Shown: positions 1-14,690 of the stretch, one piece after another | Numbering within the stretch: the first letter of the stretch is position 1 | Layout of the letters: the number at the start of each line of letters is the position of its first letter | NCBI GenBank assembly: GCA_951406725.2 | Contig: OX597832.1 | Location: 65,720,001-65,784,000, forward strand | Reading direction: 5' to 3' | Length of the DNA: 64,000 bases | Source: Octopus vulgaris | Lineage: Eukaryota | Notes under the pieces: model-generated | The model's database searches: none | What the model saw: only the letters and a program-made list of their open reading frames with translations | What the model was told of the DNA's origin: nothing | Program-made: the position numbers and the translations under genes

Positions 1-111
1 ACATGTAACTATTTCTTTACGACATCAAACACGATATTAGTTAATACATATGACTCTATAGTCATATTCTATGCTCAATCGGGCGTACATACTAATGTAA
101 CCATGGTTTCT

Positions 112-155
112 TTCTTTCTTTCTTTGTTCCTTCTTTCTTTCTTTCTCTCTATCTC

Positions 156-234
<79 letters not shown>

Positions 235-308
235 GTCTATCTATCATCATCTCTGTTTCTCTCTACCTACCTACAGATATATATATATATATCTTCTTCC
301 CTGTGTGT

Positions 309-352
<44 letters not shown>

Positions 353-372
353 GCATATATGTATATATATAT
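112..372. repeat. Compound microsatellite (CTTT)n/(CTAT)n/(CA)n/(TA)n
   Basis: Direct reading of tandem units. Confidence 0.95.
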
Positions 373-545
373 AGTTGAATTTTACAAAAAAAACAAAGAG
401 TGAAGACAGGTGTATAAACAACAAACAGGTGTATTCGTTTAACACTCGGGAATGTGAGACAGTCTTTTACGATTCGAGCATACGCTCTTCCACAGAGAGG
501 TACAGTAGGAGATAAACAGAGTTAGCGGTTAAAATAACCGACTTA
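372..545 (-). mobile_element. Short PLE pseudo-LTR-like repeat with degenerate minimal hammerhead motif (copy 1)
   Basis: Clear homolog at 30799-30985. Minus strand reads TGGAAGAGCGTATGCTCGAATCGTA and the element ends at (TA)n. Confidence 0.55.
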
Positions 546-703
546 GGGATAAAATATATGTATGTGCTATCGGTATCCATTTCCCGCGTTATCACCGCGA
601 AGGGATATTTGTAATGTTATGCTTTTGTTTGTATTCAAATATTAGCTAAAAATGGGATCCAGTCGATGTGATTTTTAATCTGAGGTGTTCTCTATTTTCT
701 GAT

Positions 704-735
<32 letters not shown>

Positions 736-736
736 C

Positions 737-860
737 GACGGGCTTGTTTCCGTTTACCAAATCCACCCACAAGGCTTTGGTTGGCCCGAGGCTATATTAG
801 AAGCCACTTGCGCAATGGGACTGAACCCGGAACCCTGTAGTAAACGTCTAACCACAAAGC
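737..860 (-). mobile_element. tRNA-derived SINE family A, partial
   Basis: Homologous to 10883-11025 and 63828-63995 (GGCCCGAGGCTA...GGGACTGAACCCGGAACC). Confidence 0.8.
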
Positions 861-874
861 TGGTGTACTGCTTT

Positions 875-975
875 TATTTAGTCAAACAAATCGCCCCCAG
901 GACTTATTCTTTGAAGGCCTATTACTTATTCTACCAGTTCTTTTGCCAAACCGCTAGGTTAAGCGTTAACGGGTA
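875..975. mobile_element. SINE-like repeat family B, partial
   Basis: CCCCAGGACTTATTCTTTG...CCGCTA shared with 30128-30345. Confidence 0.75.
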
Positions 976-1644
976 GAATATGACTAATCTAAGAGGAAGG
1001 GACATGTAGATATCATGCATGTATTTACGAGTGTTAGATATGGTAGAACGCAATAATTTTTTGAAAGTAAATATTAAAAGAAAATGCCGTAAATCTTCTA
1101 AGGAACAATGAAATATTGAAGGAAGAATTCCTGAAAGTTTATTGGCCCCTAAGAAAGTTTAGTAGTTAAAGCTGATTACCTCTTAAAGTAAGTCAGTTTC
1201 GAACACAGCAGAATTATGACGGGGCGAGATAAATAAGAGAATATTAAGATCGGTGACGATGTAATATAAGAAATCTATACGGAAAGCTTATGTTGCGAAA
1301 AGCGTAAAATATATTGAGAAGAAGAGAAAGAAAATAAGAGCATGTAAATAATTTTAAAGGAAAGAAAATGAAAGGAATCATTAAAGAATTTAAGTAAATC
1401 ATATCACATATGGTAACGACAGGTGAAAAAAGATTATAAAACACTAAAAGAAAATAATGCTGCCAAGATAAGGCTGAAGCAAATGTAAATTCATTACTTA
1501 AAACCTGGCTGAAAGTAATCTAGGAATGCACAAGAAAATCCAAACGTACGCAAATTTATGCCTAGTATATGTATTATATAAGTATGTGTGTGTCTATTAA
1601 GTTACATATCTATATATATATAATGATATGGATACTTATAGATA

Positions 1645-1646
<2 letters not shown>

Positions 1647-1722
<76 letters not shown>

Positions 1723-1895
1723 TACGTACATATATATATGTGTGTATATATATATGCATATTGATACGTATACATACATGTGTTTATATATTATACACAT
1801 ACATCTACACATTCATATACACTCATACCACCCACACACGTACATACACACAAATATATTTATGCGCGCACGTATGCGTGCGTGTGTGTGTGCAA
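1647..1895. repeat. (TA)n/(CA)n/(TG)n compound microsatellite
   Basis: Direct reading. Confidence 0.9.
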
Positions 1896-3088
1896 CTTAC
1901 ATTTGATTTTGTTTTGGATTTGTATGACACGCAAAAATTTGTGAACTTCTATTAGAAAGATAAGTACAAGCAATTCCTAACACGAGTGGAAATTTTATTA
2001 AAACTTTAAGCACATTTCTATTTTCTATACTTTTCTGAAGCGATCTTTAACTCTAATTCGTTTTTCTATCGAATTTGTTTTTTGTTACTATGCTAGCTAT
2101 CTTTCCTTTCTCTGCATTTACTAAAATTGTTCAACTATCTCTTATCCAACTCCCCAACCTGTTAACACAAGCCTATATTTCTGTCAGAGAGCACACACTC
2201 AAATATTCCAAGATTTATGATATAATATCAATACATTTTTTATTCTCTGTCCGAAATATTCTTCATTCCAAAATACTTTCATTAATATTTCGTCTTTGTT
2301 TTCCTACAATTTTTAAGCAGTAAATCATAAAATGTTTACATCTACTGTTGGTGGTTCTAGCTTCATAAATAAATTGTATATTTAGGTATAAATTACCTTC
2401 ACTCCACTAGTCACCTCCCATTCAAACGTCAAATTCTTTCATATCTTTAACGAAGTGATCTATACTATCATCTTCTGATAGTTCTTTATCTATTTTACTT
2501 TGTTACTCCGACTCACTCTTCTAACAAAATATTTATACATAACTTTCTGTATGCATCTTCGTAGCTATGCACCTCGAAAACTATATTCCTTGTGAATTAC
2601 AATGTATGAATATGTGCGTTTATATTTTTGATGTTTACGATCGCCAATTAAATTATATATTCCTGAAAGCAATTACTTCTCACCAGGCTTGAAGACACTA
2701 CACAGCTGTTCTGAATTTTTTAAATTCTAATTTATTATTTAGCTGGTAAACCATCATTCTGCCCAGTCTGGAGTGAAAATCAGAATAGGCTGTAAACATT
2801 TATACGATTTTTAACCTCACATGTATAATGTATGTGCCCAACTACAATGCCGGTCGGATGAAACTTGGTGTGTTGGAGATGATTCTCTGCAAAGGCCGGT
2901 GTTTAAACATCTGAAAATCAGTCATAAACAAGCGTGACGACGCACAGAAAGTTCTATTCAAGTGCGATGGAAATCGATGTTTCGTCATTTTTGCGACCCA
3001 TAAAGAACACGTACACGAATGAAACCTAAATAAAATTGGTGCATACACACACACACACACAACACACAAACACACACACATACACACA

Positions 3089-3120
<32 letters not shown>

Positions 3121-3124
<4 letters not shown>

Positions 3125-3460
3125 GTATATATATATATATGATTTAACTTATTAAACAGGGTTCACCATATCCATTTATATTTGCCGTAAATGGAGGAGA
3201 TTGGATGTTAATATAGATGATAATTTTTTGTGAATAAATAAATTATCGTCCATATTAACATCTAATCTCCTCCATTTACGTAAAACATAAATGAGTTTGT
3301 TGAACCCTGTTTAATAAGTTAAAACATACACTTAATACATCTATATAACTTTTCTTATCTACACCAGTAAATTCAAAATTAAGTATGAAGAAACAACGTT
3401 ATAAATCTTTATGGAAATTACTCCAATTAAAGAACGAATTCGCACTCAACATTTTTAATA
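3121..3460 (+). mobile_element. Fold-back element 1 (arms about 3121-3226 / 3240-3335, unique tail to 3460) within (TA)n
   Basis: TTAACTTATTAAACAGGGTTCA pairs with TGAACCCTGTTTAATAAGTTAA; CGTAAATGGAGGAGATT pairs with AATCTCCTCCATTTACG. Confidence 0.9.
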
Positions 3461-3462
3461 TA

Positions 3463-3514
<52 letters not shown>

Positions 3515-4436
3515 CATAATTATGTATATGTATACATATACATATATACATATTTATATATATATTATATATATTTATATGTGTTCGTGTACGTATGTAT
3601 ATAGTTATATGAGAAATAAATTTTATTTATTTCTACAGAATTGTTGTTTTGCTTAAGATTAACATCTAAATTGTGAATATTCCGCAGGTGAAATAAAATA
3701 ACTCTTTAATTTCAATAATCTATCTTACTTTGTGGGAAGCAAAATGAAACTTTCATAACGGCGATGAACAAAGGGAAGATGCCCATTATGTATACCTGGT
3801 AACTGCTATGTTACTGATGAGACAAGCACGGACAGAAATAAATATTTATTTTGCCATTCATACTGGGAGACTAGTTTTTTTTTATTTATATAGTGTAGAA
3901 TATGTGAAGAAGAAACATAGTATAACTGCTCCAGTTTCAACAAAATCCATCGTGAAATTTGAACGTATGTCAAACCGAACCTCCTAAATCATATATTATG
4001 GCAGTTATTGATAAATATACAAGAATAATTATCTTAGTAAACATTAAAGAGAGGTAAACTATGGAATATTCTGTTTCAGGGTTGCTTTCTAAGATGTAAC
4101 TCAAGCTACCTCGATTGATATGACGCTAGACGTCAATTAGACAGCGTACAAAATATAAAGACATGGCGATAATTCATATACTTAGTATGCAAATACACTT
4201 AAGTTATATGATATAAGATGCCTGTATGAAAAAAAACAAAAAACAAGTCATATACGAAAATTAAAGTCGATAAAAACAAATACATGAAACTAAATTTTTC
4301 CAAAGTTTCACGATTTACGGAAAAACTTAATTTTGTCTTCTGTCGAGCAAACCCGTATACACATTGATACACATTGCACACAGACACAATAACAGAAACA
4401 CGCACAGACACAGACACACACACACACACACACACA

Positions 4437-4476
<40 letters not shown>

Positions 4477-5532
4477 CACAGAAACACATACATACACTTT
4501 TGTATAAGTATATAACTTATAGTTATATGCATATACATGCATAGATACGTATATAAATACATATGTGCATGTGTGTGAGGATCGCACAGAGAATATGACG
4601 GACTCGAGGGAGATATATTTGCTATTTCTTGCTGATCTAATCAGCCCATTCCTGGTTCCTTCCTTTTTCTGTCCCTTTGAACCCCGTCTATTTTACTCTC
4701 AGAATATTTAACACTTCGTAACTACATGAATCGCTGAATCATTACATATGATGTTGGAAGATCAAAAAATATATTTTGAAGAATTCTTTTTCCTTTCTAT
4801 ATGTGTGCAGCTGGAATTTACTCGGTTCAAAACTTGAATTCCAACGATTGTTTAAGAAAGAAATGCTAGAGACAGTAATAAAAAATAAACACCCCAGTGT
4901 GACTACTTTCCTTTAGCTTCTCACTACATCTCTCTCTCTCTCTCTCTGTGTGTAACTTTGTGTGTGTACTTGATGAGAAAACTAATGTAAAAGCAGGAAG
5001 AAATATTGAAGAGGAAAGGAGAGTTTGACGTCATGCACATATATCTTAGAATATTTCGTTAATTAACATTACCACTCTCCCAAATTAATGCATTTTCCCC
5101 CAATTCGCTAATACTAGTCTTTTAAATTTTAGTTCAATCTCTATCTCTCTTCTTCACAGAGAGTTAGGTTGTTGCATTAGTGAAATTTAGCTGATATTTC
5201 TAGAAATAAATTTTGCCTGTGTGCTGAAAAATATTAATAAAATATCCGGTTTTTAGTTGCTTGTTTTGAAGTTTGTGAATACAAAGCAGAAGTAATATAG
5301 ATTACAGGCAATTTACACATCCAGAAATACACATCACACGCACAAACGACTATGCATATGTATAAGTTTATATATAAACGTACATAGCGAAGCATGTATG
5401 TATGTGTGTTTAAATCTATCTATCTAAATATATATATACAGACATATATACATATGTATATGAGCATCTATATACATATATATGCCTGTATGTCTGTATG
5501 TGTGTGTGTTTGTGAGTGTGTATGTTGTGTAC

Positions 5533-5581
<49 letters not shown>

Positions 5582-6715
5582 CGTGGTATGTGAGTATGTG
5601 CGCGTGCGTGTATGCATCGTGGTGTTTCTTAAGATTAAATCCGAAATCTATTCTGCTATTATAACTTCAACTCCATTAAGATGAAGACCGTATTGAATTA
5701 AGAAGTTAACATGAGACGTGACAAATTGTTTCATTATCACGAGGGACAGGTGTACACAGTTAAGAAGTAATTTAAGCATCAATTCTACATTTTACGCTTG
5801 ACGCTTTGCCCTCGCCTTTTATAGTATTTCAGCGAGTATTTTTGAATTTCAATTATTGAAATTGAGGGGAAATCGTGGTGCACGCTTTATTTAATTGATT
5901 CTGTGCGAACTATTTCCCAGTTTGGCAGAATTATCTCAAGTAAATGAGATAACTTGCTATCATGGTAGTGTAATTAATTTCGTGCTTATGGCCAACGACC
6001 TACATTAAACATTTTTGTATAAAAGAAAACGAAAGTTAGACACAAGTGTTATATTGCGGTATTAGGAATTTAAGGATGCTATGATGCACATTATCAAGTG
6101 TGCTGATATATGACGCTGAAATTAAAACCAAATCTAAAAGGAGAAAAATTTGAGAAATAGACGTGCTCTTTTACACTGAGGGATGTACGGTTGTATTTGA
6201 GATTCAAGGTTTTAGTTATAGGATACAACGCGATCGCTAATAAGGCGCTATGGTGAACATAATGGAATTTAGAAGTTTTCCAGAGATATGGGAATATGTG
6301 AGCCAATGCACGCATTTAACTGTGTGTTCACATGGAAATCTTCGAACTCTTCTATGATGTGTGATTGCTTGTTTCGTAGATAAACATGTTGTATTCGTTT
6401 CATGTGTACACATTATCTGTTAATGTCTCACATGTGCTGAGCTGACAATAATCATAAAAGATACTCAAATAAATAATAAATATATAAATGAAAGGTTTTT
6501 GGTCACGTGCTGAAAACTCTTTGAAGCAGTGGAATCAGCGCTACAATATTTTATAATAAACACAGAGAAAATGCAACTTCAATCTGCTGCTTTATATTAT
6601 CATATTAGGCAGGAGCAGGTGGCTACAAAACTGCAAATCTTGCACGTTGTAATTTAATATCTCTTTAGGTATATCATGCAGCAAATGATCTCCCATTAAT
6701 AGACGCATAAATAAA

Positions 6716-6759
6716 TACATACATACATACATACATACATACATACATACATACATACA

Positions 6760-6846
<87 letters not shown>

Positions 6847-6848
6847 GT
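6716..6848. repeat. (TACA)n-(TA)n microsatellite
   Basis: Direct reading. Confidence 0.95.
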
Positions 6849-7476
6849 ATATATTTAGAACTTACTTGGAAAAGGATGCGTGGCGTTCGATCATATAATA
6901 ATATAAATAATATATAAATATATGCATATATGCATACATATATGGACATACATACATCTATGTATATATACATACATATATGAGTACAGGACGTCAAAAA
7001 AAACGTTGAACACAATGAGAAACTAAAATATAAAAACAAAAACATGGAAACGAACTCTTTTTAAAACAACGAAAAAACAGAGTACAAGACATACAACACA
7101 AGGAATAATCCCATTCTTCAGTTGTCCCTGAACGTCTACTCCGCGTTGAAACAGTCCTTCCCGCAAACCAAATTAAATAAAATTTGGGTTTTTCGCGGAG
7201 GGTAAAAGTGGTAACAAGAACAGGACTGTAAGAACAAAACAAGATAGTAAAAACAATACAAATAAAAACAGTAAAAGACAGAACAAAGAGAATAACACAG
7301 TAAAAACAAAGGATGAGGGCTGTTAAGCCAAGACGATGGAAAATTTATTCTGAACGTTTGAGTAAACAGTTTATGAGAGAGACGGATTAAGCGGTCTGGT
7401 CTTGGTGAATATAGCAGTTGGAAAGTTGGCTTCCCTTTGATCACGTGTCAGTGACAAGAGAGTATACACGGATATA

Positions 7477-7620
<144 letters not shown>

Positions 7621-8499
7621 GGTTTCTCTGTCTTTCTGTCTCTCTGTCTATATATATGAATGTATCTATATATGTATATAAAACACAGGATGTGTGTTTG
7701 CCTGTTTATTTGCCATATCGTTAAAACTCGATATCCACCCAACTGATTTTAATGCAATACATAGGGTACATACAGTGTAATGGGCTCAAAAACATCTCAT
7801 ATTCTTCCTTAATGCGGGCCCAGGGGCAGATAAACTGCATTTTAAAGCATGTTCGCAGGTTTGAGACCCGTCACATGAAGAGTGTTCAGTCGCTTTCCTA
7901 CAAATTTGAAAGAAATATTAATCACACTCCTGGAATTGCTGTTGTCTAAAGGAATTTCCGACACCGAGTAAGGGACCCCAAAAAAGTGCAAATTAATCAG
8001 ATTTGTGTATACTGCACTTTGTTTTTGGCCATTTTCTGCCGATAAAATATTGACACAACTTATACATTCTAAATGGCGTATAATATTTCTCGAAAACATT
8101 TTTGTCCAATTTGGCAGAGGTAATAAGAAAATTTAAACTTTTTGTCGACAACCTGTCGATGCTTTATGTTAACATCACGCGCACCATCGGGCCATGTCCG
8201 TGTGTGTGCGGCTGAGTAAAGGCACATCAAACCCATTCATCCATTCTCCAGAAGTGTCCTGTTGATGTTTCACATTTCCAATCCTGCACAACCCAGCATG
8301 GCCCGGCGGCATGTCTGCTTTCTATGTCATCAATGTCTGATCTATATAATGCAAAATGTTCATAGAAAAAAAAACCCGCTGCTGTTGTGACTCATATCTA
8401 TGTGAGTTTGACTGCACGACCACTTCCGGAAGCTACGCTCGCCACCTGCAGTTAGTCCTGCTCCTTTGTTCCCTCCCCGTGTAGTCGGACAACTAAATA

Positions 8500-8973
8500 C
8501 AGGGTGTCCCAGAATTTATGATTTGACTGAAATCAGGTGCATTTTTAAAAACTCTTATTTATGTTTATCATCTTTAATAGGTGTTAAAAGTGTATAAGTT
8601 TTGAATTCTGTTTATAATTTTATTTTCTCCCCTATTGGACCTCTGTTATTTCTCCATGACAACTTTTATTCCAATTTGGCAGCCATTATCTTCTTTACTG
8701 CCATCCCCAAGATGGAGCAATCGTTTAGTTGATCTTAAAGAACATATTCAGTTGCAGTGCAGGAGCTAACTCGTCAAATGCTTCAAATTGTGTTTCACAA
8801 CACTAAAGAGAGATTTGAGGTATGGAGGAATTCAGACATGATGAACATTTTCAATAAGTTTGACATAAGATTTATAAATCTATTTGTTTTGGTAATAAAG
8901 ACAATTATGTCAGATTTTTTCTAAATTTGCTCAATTTCATTGAAACAGATGGTTAATTCTGGAACACCGTCTG
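8500..8973 (+). mobile_element. Internally deleted Tc1/mariner-superfamily DNA transposon
   Basis: Imperfect TIRs TA-CAGGGTGTCCCAGAATT and AATTCTGGAACACCGTCTG. Internal frame ...VQELTRQMLQIVFHNTKERFEV resembles a Tc1/mariner transposase C-terminus. Confidence 0.6.
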
Positions 8974-9104
8974 TGGTGTAGCGTTGTTAGTTGTTTGGTT
9001 GTTCAAGTAAATATTAAAATCAAAGGTATTCTCGACGTAAACATCCTGTTTTTGTTAAGTATATTGTATCAAGGAGTATATTATTCAAAATGTATCTCTC
9101 CTTT

Positions 9105-9215
9105 GTAAGCGTGGCTGTGTGATTGAGAAGCTTGCTTTCCAACCATGTCGCCTTGGGTTCAGTCTCACTCTGTGCCACGTTGGGCAATTCTCTTTCATTA
9201 CAGCTCTTACCAAAA
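9105..9215 (+). mobile_element. SINE family A, partial
   Basis: GTGGCTGTGTG...GGGTTCAGTC...TTGGGCAA matches the family head. Confidence 0.75.
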
Positions 9216-9393
9216 CGTTGTGTATTATATAATTGCTATTAAAATATTGATATATAAAATAACACACGCAGCTCACTTATTATTGCCATATAATAAACAA
9301 ACAGAAGTTCCTGTATGAAATTGATCGTTTTTCTACTTCAATCACTACATGTTTTTCTTTTCTTATAAAATACACACATACAGGTGGAGTAAA

Positions 9394-9481
9394 TCTATCT
9401 ATATATAATAAGACTTTGTATGTGGCGACTGAAAAAGAGTAAAAGAGTAAAACCCGATCAACGACGAGTATTACTGCTACT
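9394..9481 (+). mobile_element. Very short, degenerate non-autonomous Helitron-like element
   Basis: Starts TCTATCTATATATAATAAG. Ends CCCGATCAACGACGAGTATTACTGCTACT, a decayed version of the CCCGGGCAACGCCGGG...CTGCTAG end at 36670. Confidence 0.45.
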
Positions 9482-10689
9482 GTATATATAAACCTGCATT
9501 ATCTACAATGCAATAAAAGCTGGACGTCTTTCACAATCGACTTCCAATATAATTACTCGTTTTACGAAGATACTTAATACCTCTAACTTGTACTAGGAAA
9601 ATATTTATGAGTGTGAATTAGAAGGCTTAAATTGGACGTACCTAGTTGTAAGCGTATACACATTTGGTTGCGATGTTAAACATATACGATTTGAGCAGTG
9701 CTAGGGCAATTTGATGTCTATTCCTGACATCATTGTTGTATTTTAGTGCAAGAATTTCATTTAGTGAATTTGGGTGCGTGTTAGAGAATGGACCTATTCA
9801 TGTAATTTAGTGGCAAATTTAGTTAAGGAGTTTAACAAAGCATATTCGAAATTGATGAAGGGGTGCACCAATGGAGAGAAATTTTGAATGGTCGAATGGG
9901 TGGAGTTGAAGCAGCTATAATTTTTCTAGTTCGTAAATTCTATAGATTATTTGTGGATAGAGATTGAAAGGAGGGACTGGAAAGGAAATGTTTGAAATAC
10001 GATGATGGTCAATTGGCTTTGTTAGTATTGGTAAGAATTTGGTATGTATGAATTTGCGTTAGTCTATAAAGAAGGCAGATATGACTGTATCAGTAATAAG
10101 GACAAGCAAGTATCCACTACATATGGCTAAATAAACGCACGTATGTGTATGTATGTATGGATGGATGGATGGATGTATGGCATGTATGCATGTATGTATG
10201 TATGTATGTATGGATGGATGTATGTATATATGTATACCTGTATGTATGTGTACACAGAAAGACAAGGTGACAGTGTCTGGCGAAGGGCATTGAATTGCAA
10301 ATTAGGCGTCACAGTTACGCCCCCTTAAAAATTAATGCAAAAATCTATTGAAATATTTTAAGAGCTACCTTAATTAAAGCTTGGCTGTTTTAAATATATA
10401 TGTGTGTATATTGGTTGTGCGCATGTATGTCTCATTTTATGTGAAATGTTCAGTTACTACCAATAGTAGGACAGTGGTGTAAGCACTTTTATTGGTGTGC
10501 AACATAAATCTATGCGAATACATACATATATGAATTCATACATATATGCATACACACATACATGCATGCACTCATACATATGCACACCCACCCACACACA
10601 TGTATACGTAAATAATGTGTGTATATATATGCGGGTTTGTGTGTGTGTGTATGTGTATATATATATATATATATATATAATCTTTTATT

Positions 10690-10865
10690 CTTTTACTTGT
10701 TTCAGTCATTTGACTGCCGTCATGCTGGAGCACTGCCTTAGTCGAACAAATCGACCCAAAGAATTATTCTTTGTTAGCCTACTACTTACTCTATCGAACC
10801 GCTAAGTTAAACGGACGTAAACAAACCAGCATTGGTTATCAAGCGATGTTGGGGTAAAAAAAATA
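10690..10865. mobile_element. SINE-like repeat family B
   Basis: TTTACTTGTTTCAGTCATTTGACTGC...CATGCTGGAGCAC shared with 30128-30345. Confidence 0.85.
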
Positions 10866-10882
10866 CACACAGACATACATAC

Positions 10883-11025
10883 GACGGGCTTCTTTCAGTT
10901 TCCGTCTACCAATTGGCCGGCCCGAGGCTAAAGTAGAAGATACTTGCCCAAGGTGCCACGAAGTGGGACTGAACTCGGAACCATGTGGTTGGGAAGCAAG
11001 CTATTTACCACACAGCCACTCTTGC
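10883..11025 (-). mobile_element. SINE family A
   Basis: Reverse complement gives A-box TGGCTGTGTGGTAA, B-box GAGTTCAGTCCC and a CORE-like ACCTTGGGCAAGT. Confidence 0.85.
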
Positions 11026-11781
11026 AGCCATATGTATATATGTATGTATATATATGTTTCTATATATATATATAGTATATAAGAAGTTAGAGAGAGAGAG
11101 AGAATGAAAGAGAGGGAGGTCGTGAGAGGCAGTGGTGGAATGAACGTACGAGAGTATTTTATACAATATTATTTGTTTATTTGATAGAAAACTCGAACCC
11201 GAGCAATTAGCTATTCACTGAAATATATGCAATTTAATATGCAAAATTTGTTAGTTCAATTTCTCTCTCTTTCATTTCAATTTCCTTTCAAGCACTTTCT
11301 CTCTCAGGCCACGTGCCTATTTTAATTTAGACACTTCGGAAATAGTCAGAGGCCGTCCTGTTTCCTTCTAAGTTTTATATTTGTATCTCCTTCTCTGCAT
11401 TTCCTCTAATTTCATTGTGTAGCATACTCAAGGAAAATAATATGTCTGTAATTCTAAAATAGATCTTATGGATAACTGCGGGTGTGGAATCAATAAATTC
11501 AATTTAGCTAAAGTCACAAACAATTACCAGTTTATATTATCACGGATCAAGATCAATACTTCAGGGTAAACAACGTGAAGTGGGTCGGGTGAGAGGGACG
11601 AATCGATGCAAAAGGGTGAGGAATGTGCGCTGGTCCAACGGCATTAACAGCTAATCCTTATATTCTGTTTAAGTTCTTGCTCACATGATGATATTGGTAA
11701 CGATTCTCTGCAAATTAATGTTGATACTGATGGTATGATTATACATAAACACAAAAACACACACATGTATGTCTAAGTATA

Positions 11782-11827
<46 letters not shown>

Positions 11828-13919
11828 TGTGTGTGTGTGTGTGCACGTGTTTGTGTGTGCATATATATATATACATATAAATATATATGTATATATGCAT
11901 ATATGTGAGTATGTTTTATATAATATATATTGTATATTATGTACATATTGTTGTATATATTATTTGTTTTTACACTTATTTGTATCTTAATCTATGTATA
12001 TCTACATATATGCATGTGTGTGTATGATTATGTGTGGATATAAATGTGATTGTATATGTTGGTAAAGATTTAGATGCTTCCAGAAAATTAGTGTTACGTC
12101 TATGAATACTCTAGCCGTACAACGCAAGCACTTTCAAATATTACTTTCCTTAGCATTTTGTTTAATTCTATCTATCTATCCGTCTCCGTATAAACATATC
12201 ATTTTGTGTGTATGTGTGCGTGTGCGTGTGTGTACGGATGTGCATATATGCTTAAAATTATGCATATGCACATGGAACGTATAAAAAGTATATTTATATA
12301 CAAATATTTATATGGAAATTATATAATGTGTATATATATATATATATACATATACACATAAATATATATATATATGCATATATATACATATACATGTGCG
12401 TCTATGTATAGTATCCATATACGTGTATATGTGCTCAGAGAGTAGGGAGATATTTGTAATCTAATTTTGCTTCTCTATGTGTATGTATTTAGCTCATAGC
12501 AACAACGGCTATTATCATTAAATATGTTGCAACATGGCGATTACCCGGTTTGTACATTGTGATATATTTTGGTAGGGAATGCACTTCACGCGTGAAACTC
12601 ACATGAATGTCAACGTCTTCCTGGAAAAAAGGACGCTTGTGAGATTTTAACTTGTTGGGCATTGTAGATAACATCTGTGTTAATAAAATCAAGCCCTTCT
12701 AAAACAAGACGAAATTAAACAATGGATAATATATTTCTGGTTACACTTTTCATGCAACAGATATATTATGTTCGCGATTGCCTTGTTTTACTCGAGCATT
12801 TGCTTTAATAAAAATTACCTAGAAATATACAATAGCAATATTTTTACCTTTAACCTAGTTTAGTTCATTCACAAATCTCATTTTTCCTAAATTCATATTA
12901 TTAAAATATCCTCCGATATTTATAGTAGATAAAAATATTTATAATTGTTTAGGTTTACATTCAAAACTGCCGGGTATTTCGTCATGACTGTATACATTCA
13001 TAATTTAGGATTAAGAAATCAACAGATGTTTTTAAGAAGTACCAAGTGTGCAATGTTGTTCAGTCTCCAATCAGCAGGCAGGTTTTCTAATAATTTATTC
13101 ATTAATGATGTAGTTTGGGAAACAAATTGGGTATCTCTTCTCTTTCTGCCTCCGAAGAGTTCTAGAAAAGAGGAAGCAGTCTGTACACTGCCGATCGATG
13201 TAGTATATTTGTGACAGGGTGAATCACTATATGTACCCAATGGAATGTTACTGGTGAGAAACGAAGCACCATATTACATTCATCAGCCCAGGGGAAAAGT
13301 AGAACATCCTCTCGAAATTCTGGTTGCAACCATAGAAAAATTACCTGAATATGGGGCATGATAACACTGAATTTGAAATCAAGTAGTTGTGACAAGACTT
13401 CTTTAAATATTCTGGTTGGCTTCAGTTCAAATCCTTCAAATACTTCCTCCGTATATACAGAACACCCCTATCCACCTTACTGAATAAAGCGAAATTTTTA
13501 ACTCTCAACATTGCAAATAAACTCGAAAAAGGCAATTCCATCAAATAGTCTCCTCGTCCGACATTTGTAAACAATCAACATCTGCAAAACGTCAGCCAGT
13601 AATTTCATTTCAACAAATTTATTAGTTCTTGTGTCATTAATGATTACAAAGGACAGATAACCTGCTGTTCGCCCTAATAATTATAGCCTGACGGAGGAAA
13701 AGACCACATGAACTGTATTTCTGGATCGAAATAATCCAACAAATATGGTCATATGACGGATGCAACTAGGCTGTCATTGGAGTAAAACATTATCATCAAC
13801 AAGAACACCAACCAACAACAAAAGCAGAAACAGAAACAACAGCGACGACGACGACGACAGAGACAACCACAAACCCAAAGATGAGAAAAACAACAGATTT
13901 CTATCGATATATTCTTCTT

Positions 13920-13985
<66 letters not shown>

Positions 13986-13998
13986 TTACTAATACTAC
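13920..13998. repeat. (TAC)n microsatellite
   Basis: Direct reading. Confidence 0.95.
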
Positions 13999-14539
13999 TA
14001 CATATCCACTGATTCGTCAACTTCGGATTATTGTTGGTTCAACCAAATATGTACGCCAGGAATATTGAGGTAATTATATGCAAATATAAACTTTACCATT
14101 TTGCGCATATATGTGATTGATATAATGTCACTTAGCAAACTTCAAACACAATTCACGTTAAGGAACGTCAGTTTATTCCATCTCTAAGATGTTTCCCTCT
14201 TCTGACTTGTCATCTGTCAGCCAATCAGTGTTAATTACAATGTCACAAACGTGATTGCATTAGAAACAAAATCTCAACGTCATCCTTAAAGTATTTAATT
14301 TTGTAAAGGCAGAGATATCACGTAGAAGCATTCAAATGCAATACTAAAGCCTTGAGTGTCTATTTGACATTTATTTGCCTCTGTATGTGCAAGCCTGTGC
14401 AAGGCTTCTGGTCATTCGAGGCTACGGCACAACTCTTCTGTTTGTTTCTGATGAGTAGGCTGTCGAATTCGGGTCAATAGAAGCAGGTAGCAATGTCGTC
14501 TCTCGCAAAAAGTTGGATAAAAGACCATAAGATATCTAC

Positions 14540-14690
14540 TCTGATGTCTAACAGTTTCTTGGTTTGATATTTATCCACTTCGGAAGGATGAAAAGCAAAT
14601 TTGAGATCTACGTGATTTGATATCAGAGTCAGAACGAATCACGCGAACATTTTATCGAACACGCTATCAATTCAGCTCATTCGCCGTTTT
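14540..14690 (-). mobile_element. SINE family C, degenerate
   Basis: GAAGGATGAAAAGCAAA matches the family core in reverse. Confidence 0.55.

Noticed and set aside
3813-3840. CTGATGA...GAAA motif
   Set aside because: No supporting stems I or III; expected by chance. The same applies to CTGATGA at about 14448.
6980-7300. Possible further PLE pseudo-LTR (minus-strand CTGAAGA, hairpin at about 7156-7202)
   Set aside because: The hammerhead halves are not in a workable order or spacing and there is no second copy in the window.
12945-13750. Unique-looking stretch with overlapping 70-90 aa ORFs
   Set aside because: No recognisable motif or convincing splice structure in any frame.
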